Assembly: GCA_028379895.1 (NCBI GenBank)
Contig: JAOEKQ010000002.1
Location: forward strand, 56,620-120,619
Source of the DNA: Burkholderiales bacterium
GTDB taxonomy: Bacteria; Pseudomonadota; Gammaproteobacteria; Burkholderiales; Eutrophovitaceae
DNA length: 64,000 bases
Direction of reading: 5' to 3'
This document shows, in pieces, positions 20,418 to 32,364 of this stretch. The number at the start of each line of letters is the position of its first letter. Position 1 is the first letter of the stretch. The notes under the pieces were generated by a model. That model ran no database searches. It was not told the origin of the DNA and worked only from the letters and a program-made list of their open reading frames with translations. The position numbers were made by a program, and so were the translations under genes.

Positions 20418-22649
20418 ATGAGTGTCCTAAAGCTTCATTATACGAAGTTACAGTTCATATTTATTTCTTGGGCTTCGGTTTTTGCGTGCGCTGGTGTTTC
20501 ATGGGCTCAAGTTGAGGATTATCATTGGCCGACCGTAAATGGTGGCCAATTAACCCTAGAGTCACAACCTAGCGAATTCATTACAGGTTTGCCACCTACA
20601 TCAGTAGAGGCCGACCGACTTACTGGGGTGCGCGATGAATATATGGAGGCAGAGGGCAATGCAGTCATCATTCGGGGTGATCAAGAAATAAGGGGTAACT
20701 ACTTATATTATGATCAAGTCAATGATGAGGTGACAGCTAAAGAAGATGTGTCGGTTAAAATGCCGGGAGTCTTTATAAGCGGTGATGAGCTAAAGTATTC
20801 ACCAAGCCGTGAGATAGGTGAAATATCAGCTGCCCGATATATTTTAAGCGAGACAGGCGCTCGTGGCGAAGCGACAAAATTAATTTTTCAAGGACCCCTC
20901 CGAAAAACAGCTATAAACGCTACTTACACCTCTTGTGATGTAAACCAAGAGGACGTTTATCTCAAAACAGATTTGCTTAATTTGTATCAAGATAAAGAGT
21001 ATGGTGTTGCGAGAAATGCCACCGTATGGTTTAAAGGGGCACCTATTTTGTATACCCCTTACATATCGTTCCCCCTGACAGATAAAAGAAAGACTGGGTT
21101 ATTGACTCCATCTTACGGTCAGAGCGTTCAAAATGGATTTGAAGTAACCGTGCCTATGTACTTGAATATCGCACCGAACTTTGACTCCACAGTAGCTTTA
21201 CGAACTATGTCCGAGAGGGGTGGACTCCTGGCTTCGCATTCGCGTTACTTAGGGAAGTCGTTTTCTGGAGAATTTACATATGACTATATAGGCGACGACA
21301 AGAAATTTGGAAAAGAGCTCATTCAAGGTGAATCGAGATCATATTATGCTCTATCGCATCGACAGCGATTTGGATCGCAGTTTAGCGGGCACCTTAATTT
21401 ACAGGGTATTTCCGACGATACGTATTTTAAAGATTTGAGTAGTGACCTAGCTAAAACGTCATTGGTGCATTTGCCACGCGAAATTGGCGTTACTGCTGGC
21501 GGCACAGATTGGAATGGCTCTGCGCGTATGATTCATTACCAAACGTTAAACTTTGCAGCGCCGCCAGTACAGCTAAACCCTCAGATCAATCTAGGAATTA
21601 CACCAAGTTTTGGATATGGTTTTGAATCGGAATCAACGCTGCAGATCAGCAATTTTGATAAACAAAATCAAGATGGTGCGTTCAGAACAATTCTATATCC
21701 TGGAGTGAGGTATGTTTATGAAAATGATTATTTGACATTGAGCCCCAAAGTCGGACTTCACTACACAAACTACGACTTAGATACAGGGGTCACTGAAGAC
21801 CGCACCTTACCGGTTTATTCTCTTCGTGCTTCGCTCGCTTTCGAAAGAGATGTGAGTTTAGGAAATGCTGATTTAACTCAAACGCTGGTACCACAAATTT
21901 TCTATGTACATGTGCCATTTGAGGATCAAAGTAATTTGCCTCTATTTGATTCCGGATTGTCGAGCTTTAGCTTATTGCAGGTATTTTCGGAAAACATTTT
22001 TTCAGGAGGAGATCGAATCAACGATGCTGACCAGTTAACCGTGGGATTAACCAGTCAATTTTTAGACGCAGAAAGTGGCGTTGAGCGATTCAAAATTACT
22101 GCGGCCCAACGCTTTCATTTTGATGAGGAGCTTGTTGTTATTAAGTCCACTGATGCACCAAGAACGGGCAACCGGTCTGATATTCTTTTGGGTGGTGATG
22201 GCCGCATAAATCAATCATGGAGTGCTAATACGCTATTACAATATAGCGGCGTACTTGATGAGATCATCAGCCATGATCATCGAATTCAGTATAAACCGGA
22301 ACAGGGAAAAGTGCTTAGTGTCGGGTATCGCTATACGCGCGACGTGAACGAACAGTTCGACTTGTCCGGGCAATGGCCGATCAAGGGAAACTGGAGTACT
22401 GCCGCACGTTGGAATTATGCGAAAGATTCTGGAAAATTAATCGAAGGGCTCTTAGGCCTGGAGTACAAAGTAGGTTGTTGGGCATTTAGGATGGTGGCTA
22501 ATCGATTTATAACTGGCCAAGATTCTGCTAATCGAAATTTGTATTCAACGAGCTTCTTTGTCCAGCTGGAATTGCGGGATATTACTCGGATTGGTAGCGA
22601 TGCAGTTGGTGTTTTGAAGCAAAATGTGAGCGGGTTTTCTGATAATTAA
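20418..22649 (+). CDS. lptD: LPS-assembly outer-membrane protein LptD
   Basis: About 743 aa from ATG 20418 (MSVLKLHYTKLQFIFISWASVFACAGVSWA/Q signal peptide; the track uses TTG 20385). OstA-like N-domain, large beta-barrel ending in aromatic-rich strands, followed by surA. Confidence 0.92.
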   Translation: MSVLKLHYTKLQFIFISWASVFACAGVSWAQVEDYHWPTVNGGQLTLESQPSEFITGLPPTSVEADRLTGVRDEYMEAEGNAVIIRGDQEIRGNYLYYDQVNDEVTAKEDVSVKMPGVFISGDELKYSPSREIGEISAARYILSETGARGEATKLIFQGPLRKTAINATYTSCDVNQEDVYLKTDLLNLYQDKEYGVARNATVWFKGAPILYTPYISFPLTDKRKTGLLTPSYGQSVQNGFEVTVPMYLNIAPNFDSTVALRTMSERGGLLASHSRYLGKSFSGEFTYDYIGDDKKFGKELIQGESRSYYALSHRQRFGSQFSGHLNLQGISDDTYFKDLSSDLAKTSLVHLPREIGVTAGGTDWNGSARMIHYQTLNFAAPPVQLNPQINLGITPSFGYGFESESTLQISNFDKQNQDGAFRTILYPGVRYVYENDYLTLSPKVGLHYTNYDLDTGVTEDRTLPVYSLRASLAFERDVSLGNADLTQTLVPQIFYVHVPFEDQSNLPLFDSGLSSFSLLQVFSENIFSGGDRINDADQLTVGLTSQFLDAESGVERFKITAAQRFHFDEELVVIKSTDAPRTGNRSDILLGGDGRINQSWSANTLLQYSGVLDEIISHDHRIQYKPEQGKVLSVGYRYTRDVNEQFDLSGQWPIKGNWSTAARWNYAKDSGKLIEGLLGLEYKVGCWAFRMVANRFITGQDSANRNLYSTSFFVQLELRDITRIGSDAVGVLKQNVSGFSDN

Positions 22650-22669
22650 TTTTTTACCGAGATATTGAT

Positions 22670-23947
22670 ATGAATGTTTTCTTGAAGTGTATTTTGTTTT
22701 GTCTCATTACTATGCCGGCATTCAGTGCGGAATTGCTACCAATTGATAAGGTGGTCGTGATTGTTGGGGAGGGTGTAATAACCGAATCAGAGCTGGATAA
22801 CGAGATATCGCTAGCCCGAACTAATATTGAGAATTCAGGTTCGTCAGTGCCTGATTTAACTTATTTACGTCAGCAAGTTCTGGAGCGAATGATTACTCGT
22901 AAGGCGCTTGAGGATTTGGCAAATAGCACAGGAATTCGAGTGTCTGATAACGAAGTTCGCCGAGCTCTACAAAGACTTGCTCAACAACAAAATTTATCGG
23001 TTACAGATTACTTGAATGCAGTGGAGCAAAACGGTATGACGGTTAACGAGCTGAGGAATAGTATTCTCACTGAAACAAAGATTATGAAGTTACGACGCAG
23101 GGAAGTAGAAGCGAAATTGATTGTTAATGAATCAGAGATCGAGTCATACTTGAAGAAGTTAAGTGCGGAAGCTACTAATGATGAATCATTAGTAGCACAC
23201 ATCTTGATTGCCATTCCAGAGAATGCCACTTCTGAAGACTTGGAAACTGCTAAAGGCAGGGCAGCGGAGGCTATTTCCAGGATTGATGATGGGGTTGACT
23301 TTCGGCAAGTTGCAACAGAATTATCGGATGCTAGCGATGCGCTTGAGGGCGGGATTATGGGTTGGAGAGACGCCTCGAATCTTCCAGATTTGTTTTTAAA
23401 CGAGTTGAAAGTCATGAGAATCGGTCAGAGAAGTGAAGTGCTGCGCAGCCCGAATGGTTTTCATATACTTTATTTGTTAGATAAAAGAGGTCTTGATGCG
23501 CAAATAATAGTGCAGCAAACCTTAGCACGACACATACTTTTTAGAGTTGATCGCGCAGTTTCTGAAAATGATGCGCTGGTTAAGGCGAGCGATATTCGCA
23601 AAAGAATATTGATTGGTGGGGAGAATTTTGAAACATTAGCTAAGGCCACTTCTGATGACACCAGTGCTGCAAAAGGTGGTGTGCTCGGTTGGTTGATGCC
23701 TGGCGAGACAGTGCCTGAGTTTGAGCGAGAGATGGATAGCTTGGCCCCTGGAGAGCTCAGTGAACCAGTGAGAACTCAATTCGGTTATCACTTGATTGAG
23801 GTCATCGATAGGCGGGATTCGGATGTTTCTAGTGAGCGTCAAAGATCAGTCGCGCGGCAAGCAATATTGCAACAGAAATTAGAATTTAGATTTGAGGAGT
23901 GGGTGCGTCAGGTTCGAGATACAACTTTCATTAAATACGTTAACTGA
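22670..23947 (+). CDS. surA: Periplasmic chaperone / peptidyl-prolyl isomerase SurA
   Basis: 425 aa. Signal peptide, SurA N-domain, two parvulin domains (...SPNGFHILYLL... and ...TQFGYHLIEVIDRR). Confidence 0.92.
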   Translation: MNVFLKCILFCLITMPAFSAELLPIDKVVVIVGEGVITESELDNEISLARTNIENSGSSVPDLTYLRQQVLERMITRKALEDLANSTGIRVSDNEVRRALQRLAQQQNLSVTDYLNAVEQNGMTVNELRNSILTETKIMKLRRREVEAKLIVNESEIESYLKKLSAEATNDESLVAHILIAIPENATSEDLETAKGRAAEAISRIDDGVDFRQVATELSDASDALEGGIMGWRDASNLPDLFLNELKVMRIGQRSEVLRSPNGFHILYLLDKRGLDAQIIVQQTLARHILFRVDRAVSENDALVKASDIRKRILIGGENFETLAKATSDDTSAAKGGVLGWLMPGETVPEFEREMDSLAPGELSEPVRTQFGYHLIEVIDRRDSDVSSERQRSVARQAILQQKLEFRFEEWVRQVRDTTFIKYVN

Positions 23948-23955
23948 TCATTTGG

Positions 23956-24732
23956 ATGGCCTCTCCCGTAGCGAAGAGAAGGTTCAGTCAGAATTTTCTT
24001 CGTGACGCACGTGTCATTGAGGAAATTATTGAAGCGGGCGACTTCTCCTCACCTGATGCGGTGGTTGAAATTGGCCCAGGGTATGGGGCACTCACGCATG
24101 TGTTGCTAAAAAAAATCTCTGCATTAACTGCAATAGAGGTGGATCGCGATGCCGTACATTATTTGCGGTCCAACTTTACGGCGGACCGCTTGACGGTGAT
24201 AGAGGCCGATTGTTTAGATGTCAGCTTGTCTCGATTCGGGGTTTCGATAAGACTATTAGGAAATTTACCGTATCACATATCTACGCCGATTTTGTTTCAT
24301 TTTGATGCTCAAATTGAGTTTATTCAAGATGCAATATTTATGCTTCAGCGAGAAGTCGTTGACCGAATTGTGGCAACGCCTGGATCAGCTGAATATGGGA
24401 AGTTAAGTATCACATTGCAGTTAGGTTGGGAGCTTGAGAAGCTTTTTGATATTCCACCTGAGGCGTTTCAGCCGAGACCTAAAGTTTGGTCTTCAATTTT
24501 GTATTTAAAGCCAAGGTCGACGCCGTATCGAGTAGACCGAGCCACCTTCCGACGTATTGTGTTCGGAGCGTTTTCCAAAAGACGTAAAACCTTGCGAAAC
24601 GCCTTAAAAGGGCTTGTTTCCATTGAGCAATTTACTGCGGCGAATGTTGACCCATCGCAAAGACCTGAAACACTATCTGTAGACGATTATGTTCGATTAT
24701 CCAACATAATTTCTCATGATGAGAAATTTTAA
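23956..24732 (+). CDS. rsmA: 16S rRNA (adenine1518/1519-N6)-dimethyltransferase
   Basis: 258 aa. FSQNFL, SAM-binding [25 protein letters not shown]. Confidence 0.93.
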   Translation: MASPVAKRRFSQNFLRDARVIEEIIEAGDFSSPDAVVEIGPGYGALTHVLLKKISALTAIEVDRDAVHYLRSNFTADRLTVIEADCLDVSLSRFGVSIRLLGNLPYHISTPILFHFDAQIEFIQDAIFMLQREVVDRIVATPGSAEYGKLSITLQLGWELEKLFDIPPEAFQPRPKVWSSILYLKPRSTPYRVDRATFRRIVFGAFSKRRKTLRNALKGLVSIEQFTAANVDPSQRPETLSVDDYVRLSNIISHDEKF

Positions 24733-25112
24733 CTTTTCTCGATAAGTTCTATCTTATACCCATCAGGGTCTTCGACAAACGCTATTACGGTTGAGCCATG
24801 TTTCATAGGGCCAGCCTCACGGGTAACTCGACCTCCTCGTAGCTTCACTCGTTCGCAAGCTGCGCCAGCATCGCTTACGCCTATAGCCACATGACCATAC
24901 CCGTTCCCTAAATCATATGTGGCTGTGTCCCAATTATGTGTGAGTTCCATAACTGTTGTATCAGACTCCAAGCCATAGCCTACAAAAGCATTGGTGAATC
25001 GACCGCCGGGGTAGTCAACCTTACGAATCAAGTTCATTTCTAGAACCTCCGTGTAGAAGGCTATTGATCGGTCTAAATCGCCAACCCTAATCATGGTGTG
25101 CAACATTCGCAT
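24729..25112 (-). CDS. gloA: Lactoylglutathione lyase (glyoxalase I)
   Basis: 127 aa. [26 protein letters not shown] ... GYGHVAIGV ... [13 protein letters not shown], a classic small GloA. Confidence 0.92.
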   Translation of the reverse strand: MRMLHTMIRVGDLDRSIAFYTEVLEMNLIRKVDYPGGRFTNAFVGYGLESDTTVMELTHNWDTATYDLGNGYGHVAIGVSDAGAACERVKLRGGRVTREAGPMKHGSTVIAFVEDPDGYKIELIEKS

Positions 25113-25123
25113 TTTAAATATCC

Positions 25124-25312
25124 TTAAATTTCGACCAGCTCAAAATCTTCTTTTCTTGCGTCGCATTCTGGACAAACCCAATTAACGGGCACATCATCCC
25201 AACGAGTTCCTGGCTTCAATCCTTCATCTGGCCAGCCGGCTTCCTCGTCATAGATAAAGCCGCAAATTAAACACATGTAGGTCTTAAGGTCGTTGTTATT
25301 TTCTTCAGTCAT
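25124..25312 (-). CDS. Rubredoxin
   Basis: 62 aa. Two CxxC pairs in canonical context: [12 protein letters not shown] ... [17 protein letters not shown]. Confidence 0.93.
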   Translation of the reverse strand: MTEENNNDLKTYMCLICGFIYDEEAGWPDEGLKPGTRWDDVPVNWVCPECDARKEDFELVEI

Positions 25313-25394
25313 TAGTTATTTTTTCACAAACAAGGTTAAAAACGGATCTACTTCAAGTAGCATTCTAAATCAAAGATAAGTAAACCATATATTT

Positions 25395-26204
25395 ATGACT
25401 AAAAGTAAACCAGTGGTTTTGGTGTTTTCTGGCTCTGACCCAACAGGCGGTGCGGGGCTGCAGGCTGACGTCCTCACGTTGGCCAGCCTTAATTGTCATC
25501 CATTGACCGTTGTCACATCAATTACAAGTCAGGATACGAGCAGGGTCCATAGCGTGACGCCTTTGGCTTCCGAGTTAATTCGTGAACAAGTAAACGTTTT
25601 GATGGAGGATATTGAGATAGATATAATCAAGGTCGGAATGATTCCGAGTATTGATGTACTTCAAGAAATTATTTCGGTTTTACAAAGATTTCCAACTAAG
25701 CCGGTAGTGCTTGATCCGGTGCTGAGTTCGGGGGCGGGCTACACTTTTGGTTCGAAGCTGTTGATTGAAAAAATAGTCGAAGACTTACTTCCTCGATGTC
25801 TTATCATCACGCCAAATACGAATGAACTTATTGCCTTGTCAGGCGCGATCCAGGTAGTTTCGGCAAACTTGCCAGAGAACTCGGACCCGGACGTATCTAC
25901 ATTGATTAATCGTGGCTCAGAATTCGTCCTATTGACGGGGACGCATGCTGAACGAAAAGATGTCGAAAATATTCTGTTTGATCAGTCAGGCTTTGTGGAG
26001 TCATGGGTTTGGCCTCGTCTTTCAAACGAATATCATGGATCGGGATGCACTCTAGCCTCCGCCATCGCAGCTTTCATAGCGAATGGATCGTCGGTGCTTG
26101 AGGCGGCAGACAGAGCGCAGGAGTTTACTTGGAAAAGCCTCAAGGACGGCTTTGGTATAGGTGGCGGTCAACTGATACCTGACAGGATTAGTGGCCGACG
26201 ATGA
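25395..26204 (+). CDS. thiD: Hydroxymethylpyrimidine / phosphomethylpyrimidine kinase
   Basis: 269 aa. VLVFSGSDPTGGAGLQAD, KVGMI and GSGCTLASAIAA blocks. Confidence 0.92.
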   Translation: MTKSKPVVLVFSGSDPTGGAGLQADVLTLASLNCHPLTVVTSITSQDTSRVHSVTPLASELIREQVNVLMEDIEIDIIKVGMIPSIDVLQEIISVLQRFPTKPVVLDPVLSSGAGYTFGSKLLIEKIVEDLLPRCLIITPNTNELIALSGAIQVVSANLPENSDPDVSTLINRGSEFVLLTGTHAERKDVENILFDQSGFVESWVWPRLSNEYHGSGCTLASAIAAFIANGSSVLEAADRAQEFTWKSLKDGFGIGGGQLIPDRISGRR

Positions 26205-26860
26205 AAGCTAAACTCGCAAAGGTTTTCGAGTCAGGGATCTATGCTATTACCCCTGATACTGATAATTTGAGTTCGTTGATTTCTCACGTTGAGCGAGCTT
26301 TAAGAGGGGGTATACGGTTATTTCAATTTCGAAATAAAGTCAGTTCTCCGGATCAAAAAATAATCGCTGCTAAACTTATTAAAGACTTGGTTCATTCGTC
26401 AGACGGGTTGTTAATCATTAATGATGATCCATACTTGGCGAAAATGGTTGATGCATGTGGCGTACATATTGGTAAGCATGACCAAAAGCTTGATCACGTG
26501 CGTGCTATTTTGGGGCCTGAGAAGATAATCGGAGTGTCATGTTACGATGACATACCTTTAGCATTGAGAATGCAAGACCAAGGAGCTGATTACATTGCTT
26601 TTGGGGCGTTTTTCCCCTCATCCTCTAAATCATCCGCTACGCCTGCTCCACTGAATGTGCTCCGGCAGGCCAGTGCCAGTGGAATTACAATTCCTGTTGT
26701 CGCGATTGGTGGGATAACTCTCAATAATGCCGAAGATTTATTGAATTGTGGTCCGTGTGTATTAGCCGTTATAAACAGTTTATTTGGTTTAGACGATGTT
26801 GAGTCAAGAGCGCGCGAATGGGTGAACTTTTATGGTCAATTTAAATCAAGATTAAGTTAG
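26201..26860 (+). CDS. thiE: Thiamine-phosphate synthase
   Basis: 219 aa TMP-TENI fold (LFQFRNK, GVHIGKHD, IGVSCY, VVAIGGI). 4-nt overlap with thiD. Confidence 0.88.
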   Translation: MKAKLAKVFESGIYAITPDTDNLSSLISHVERALRGGIRLFQFRNKVSSPDQKIIAAKLIKDLVHSSDGLLIINDDPYLAKMVDACGVHIGKHDQKLDHVRAILGPEKIIGVSCYDDIPLALRMQDQGADYIAFGAFFPSSSKSSATPAPLNVLRQASASGITIPVVAIGGITLNNAEDLLNCGPCVLAVINSLFGLDDVESRAREWVNFYGQFKSRLS

Positions 26861-26876
26861 GTAAAAAGGGTGGTCT

Positions 26877-28154
26877 ATGTCGAGTAATACGCGTTCGTTT
26901 GAACGAGCAAAAAAGGTGATTCCAGGAGGAGTGAATTCACCGGTTAGGGCGTTTGGCTCGGTGGGTGGGGTGCCTAAAACGATCGCAAGAAGCGAGGGCA
27001 GCAGAATTTTCGATGTCGATGGCAACGCGTATATTGATTACGTTGGTTCATGGGGCCCGATGATTGCGGGTCACGCACATCCAAAAATTGTAAAGGCGGT
27101 AAAAGATGCCGCGGATGGCGGACTAAGTTTTGGCGCACCAACACCGGGTGAGGTGACATTGGCCGAGCGCCTGACAGCCACATTCCCGGCTATGGAACAA
27201 GTGCGGTTAGTCAGTTCGGGCACGGAGGCAACTATGAGCGCGATAAGGTTGGCCCGCGGTTATACCGAAAAACCTAAAATTATAAAATTTGAAGGCTGTT
27301 ACCACGGTCACTCGGATTCTTTACTGGTTAAGGCCGGTTCTGGTGCTTTGACGTTCGGATCGCCTAGTTCGGCGGGCGTGCCGCCGGACTTGGTTGCACA
27401 GACTGTTGTATCAGATTACAACGTAGTTAGTAACCTTGAGGAAACTTTTGATTACTTAGGTAAAGATGTCGCTGCAGTTATTATTGAGCCAATCGCAGGT
27501 AACATGAATCTCGTAAAGGGGAATGCGCAATTTTTAGGACGGCTGCGAGAATTATGTACGCACTACGGCGCTTTATTGATTTTTGATGAAGTGATGACGG
27601 GCTTCAGGGTCGGGCCTCAGGGTGCGCAAGGGCTATATGGAATCGAGCCTGACATCACGACTTTAGGTAAGGTGATTGGCGGCGGCCTACCGATGGGTGC
27701 TTTTGGTGGTCGACGAGAAGTCATGCAAAAATTAGCTCCAACGGGTCCGGTTTATCAAGCGGGAACGTTATCTGGAAATCCAGTTTCAGTTGCTGCCGGA
27801 CTAGCTACTTTAGATTTGATAAGTGAGGATGGTTTCTTCGAGTCTTTATCCAATACAACTAAAGAGTTAGTTGAAGGAATCGAGGAGCGCGCAAAACGAG
27901 CAGGTATTCCGTTTTGCGCCGCTCATGTGGGCGGTATGTTTGGTATGTATTTCACCGAGAAGGTACCAGATACTTATGAGGCCGTCATGAATTGTGACCG
28001 AGAAAGGTTTAATCGATTCTTTCATTCCATGTTAGATCAAGGAATAAATTTTGCTCCATCAGCATTTGAAGCGGGTTTTGTGTCATCTGCGCACAGCGAA
28101 CAAGATATACAGGATACGCTTGATGCGGCAGGTGAGGCCTTTAAGGTTTGTTGA
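26877..28154 (+). CDS. hemL: Glutamate-1-semialdehyde 2,1-aminomutase
   Basis: 425 aa. [37 protein letters not shown] (PLP lysine). Confidence 0.95.
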   Translation: MSSNTRSFERAKKVIPGGVNSPVRAFGSVGGVPKTIARSEGSRIFDVDGNAYIDYVGSWGPMIAGHAHPKIVKAVKDAADGGLSFGAPTPGEVTLAERLTATFPAMEQVRLVSSGTEATMSAIRLARGYTEKPKIIKFEGCYHGHSDSLLVKAGSGALTFGSPSSAGVPPDLVAQTVVSDYNVVSNLEETFDYLGKDVAAVIIEPIAGNMNLVKGNAQFLGRLRELCTHYGALLIFDEVMTGFRVGPQGAQGLYGIEPDITTLGKVIGGGLPMGAFGGRREVMQKLAPTGPVYQAGTLSGNPVSVAAGLATLDLISEDGFFESLSNTTKELVEGIEERAKRAGIPFCAAHVGGMFGMYFTEKVPDTYEAVMNCDRERFNRFFHSMLDQGINFAPSAFEAGFVSSAHSEQDIQDTLDAAGEAFKVC

Positions 28155-28265
28155 CGGTAACAAGAGGGTTGTTTGAAAACATTGCACCGTATTTCATATC
28201 ATTTTGGTGATTATCTGGCTATTCGGTTACCATTTCACGCTCTGAAATTGTTCTAGAAAATTGTT

Positions 28266-29919
<1,654 letters not shown>

Positions 29920-29938
29920 TGGCGTCGATCGCTCCTGG

Positions 29939-32209
29939 TTAAAACATTGCTCCAGAATCGGTACGCGGAGCATTTTCTTCGTAAAAATACTCGACAACCC
30001 CCTCTTCATTTGGCAGACCAGTCTTTGGATCAATTAATATTTGTTGTATTCCCTCTGGGCGGCCTGGGGGCTTTTCTTCTGGGATTCCCTTGAGAGCCGT
30101 TTTCATATAGTCGATCCAGATCGGCAGAGCTGCTCTGGATCCGGTTTCCTTGTCACCAAGCGGTCCGGGCTGATCTTTGCCGACCCAAGTAATGGCCACA
30201 ACGCGTCTTTGGAAGCCAGCGAACCAAGCATCAATGTTGTCATTCGTTGTGCCAGTTTTCCCTGCTAAATCTTTTCGCCCTAGGGATTTGGCACGAATCC
30301 CGGTGCCAGTCTGTATTACATTTCGAAGTAAAGAACCCATAGTGAATACATTCCTAGTGTCAAGCATTTGGTCTGCTGTTGTTCTCTTCCGTTGCGATTT
30401 CGTTTTGAATATCAGATTACCCTCAATGTCCTCAATATGAGAAATAAAAAATGGTTCTACCAGGTAGCCGCCGTTAGCAAATACAGCATAGCCTCGAGCC
30501 ATTTCCAGAGGGGTAGTTGAGCCAGCGCCAAGCGCCATGGTCAGGTATGGTGGGTGATGTTTTGGGTTGAACCCGAATCGAGTTAAATAGTTTCTTGCGT
30601 AATCTGGCGTTATAGCTTGAAGTATCCGAATGGCGACTAGGTTTTTTGATTTAGCTAATGCATATCGGAGGCTGATAGGCCCTGCGAATTCCTGATCATA
30701 ATTTTGTGGGTTCCATACTTCGAAACCTGTTTGACTCTCATGTATTTCGAAGGGCGCATCGTCGATAATCGTTCCTGGAGTAAAGCCACGCTCTAACGCC
30801 GCGGAGTAAATGAAGGGCTTGAAACTGGACCCAGGCTGCCTTTTTGCTTGCGTTACGTGATTAAACTTGTTGCGATAAAAGTTATACCCACCTACTAAGG
30901 CGTTGATAGCACCAGTATCTGCATCAATGGAGATAACTGCGCCTTCGGCGATGGGCAGTTGACTCAAAACCCAATCCTTTTTGGATGTTTTTCGAACATA
31001 AATTAACGCACCATTTTTCAGCGGCGTAAGCAACTCAGACCCAATAGTCAGATCTGTACCCCCGTAAACAACCTGCTCATTCATCATCACAACAGGCCCT
31101 GTGCCCTTTACATAGGCCTCTATGGCGCCAGACTTTATACTTAAGACGACAGCTGGACTCAAGTCCTCGTATGGATCTAAGTCTTGTAGAGAATCTTCTA
31201 ACCATTCGTCGTCAATTTTGGCAGGCAAATCAATAGTTCCTAAAGGCCCACGATAGCCTTGCCTTTCATCATGTAATTCCAGTCCTTTTTTAAGGGCTAG
31301 AAATCCCGCTTCTTGATTTGTGACCAACAAAGTGGTGTGGACATTGAGCCCTTTCGTGTAGGCCTCATCTCCATATCTTTCCGTTAAAGCCTGGCGAACC
31401 ATTTCTACAAAAAATTCAGCGTGTCTACTTGGGTTTTTCCGCACAGAGGAAAGTTTGAGTATTACATTTTTTGTTTGTTCGAGCTCTTGTTCCGAGATGA
31501 ACCCAAGGCTATACATACGATTTAGAACGTAACCTTGTCTTTGTTTAGCTCGCTTTAGATTAACAACAGGATTATATTTTGAGGGCGCTTTAGGTAATCC
31601 GGCCAACATTGATACTTCCGCTAGTGAAGCTTGCGCGAGGGGCTTACCAAAATAAATTTTGGATGCTGCTGCGAAACCGTAAGATCGTTGCCCAAGATAA
31701 ATTTGGTTGATATAAAGTTCGAGGATTTGATTTTTCGTAAGGTTGCGTTCAATCTTTATCGCAAGGAGAGCTTCGTTAAATTTCCGCGTAAATGTCTTCT
31801 CTGATGAGAGAAAAAAGTTGCGTGCTACTTGCATCGTTATAGTACTTGCTCCTTGCCTGACGCCTCTCGCTGAAACATTGGCGATAGCTGCCCTGCCGAT
31901 ACCGATAAAATCAATACCATGATGCTCCCAAAAGTGTTCGTCCTCAGCGGCTACAATTGCGTTTTTGAGTGAATTAGGTACTGAGTCAATGCCAATGAAT
32001 TCTCTATGCTCTCTACCGAACTCTCCGATAAGGGTACCGTCACGACTGTATATACGCAGTGGTAACTTAGGCTTGTAGTCAGTTAACGCGTTGACAGGCG
32101 GTAATTGTGGGTATGCTGTGACAAAGGCGAAGGTCCCTGCCAGTATGCCAATAATGCCAAGGCTTGTGCAAAGTAATAAAAATTTAGAAAAAAGGCTTCT
32201 TATGCGCAT
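29939..32209 (-). CDS. mrcA: Penicillin-binding protein 1A (bifunctional glycosyltransferase/transpeptidase)
   Basis: 756 aa. N-terminal TM anchor, GT51 motifs EDEHFWEHHGID / GASTITMQ / RKFNEALLA, and transpeptidase motifs SSFKP (SxxK), SKN, KTGTT. Confidence 0.93.
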   Translation of the reverse strand: MRIRSLFSKFLLLCTSLGIIGILAGTFAFVTAYPQLPPVNALTDYKPKLPLRIYSRDGTLIGEFGREHREFIGIDSVPNSLKNAIVAAEDEHFWEHHGIDFIGIGRAAIANVSARGVRQGASTITMQVARNFFLSSEKTFTRKFNEALLAIKIERNLTKNQILELYINQIYLGQRSYGFAAASKIYFGKPLAQASLAEVSMLAGLPKAPSKYNPVVNLKRAKQRQGYVLNRMYSLGFISEQELEQTKNVILKLSSVRKNPSRHAEFFVEMVRQALTERYGDEAYTKGLNVHTTLLVTNQEAGFLALKKGLELHDERQGYRGPLGTIDLPAKIDDEWLEDSLQDLDPYEDLSPAVVLSIKSGAIEAYVKGTGPVVMMNEQVVYGGTDLTIGSELLTPLKNGALIYVRKTSKKDWVLSQLPIAEGAVISIDADTGAINALVGGYNFYRNKFNHVTQAKRQPGSSFKPFIYSAALERGFTPGTIIDDAPFEIHESQTGFEVWNPQNYDQEFAGPISLRYALAKSKNLVAIRILQAITPDYARNYLTRFGFNPKHHPPYLTMALGAGSTTPLEMARGYAVFANGGYLVEPFFISHIEDIEGNLIFKTKSQRKRTTADQMLDTRNVFTMGSLLRNVIQTGTGIRAKSLGRKDLAGKTGTTNDNIDAWFAGFQRRVVAITWVGKDQPGPLGDKETGSRAALPIWIDYMKTALKGIPEEKPPGRPEGIQQILIDPKTGLPNEEGVVEYFYEENAPRTDSGAMF

Positions 32210-32364
32210 TTAAAGCGAGAATAATTAAGTTTATACAGATAAAGTTGATTATAGTACGCATGAATTGAGAACAATTCGTTTATCGCTTTTTGAGAGTAAT
32301 TTTTATTCCTTAGAAAAGCTGCAGGAACTCGGACAGGATTGAGACTAATAGGTAAAATTTGGGT

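Noticed and set aside
23008-23415. 135-aa minus-strand ORF inside surA
   Set aside because: Antisense shadow ORF with a Ser/Ala-rich composition.
25313-25394. Possible TPP riboswitch upstream of thiD-thiE
   Set aside because: The spacer is only 82 nt and lacks the conserved CUGAGA / ACCUGAUCUGGAUAAUGCC-type elements. No THI-box is discernible.
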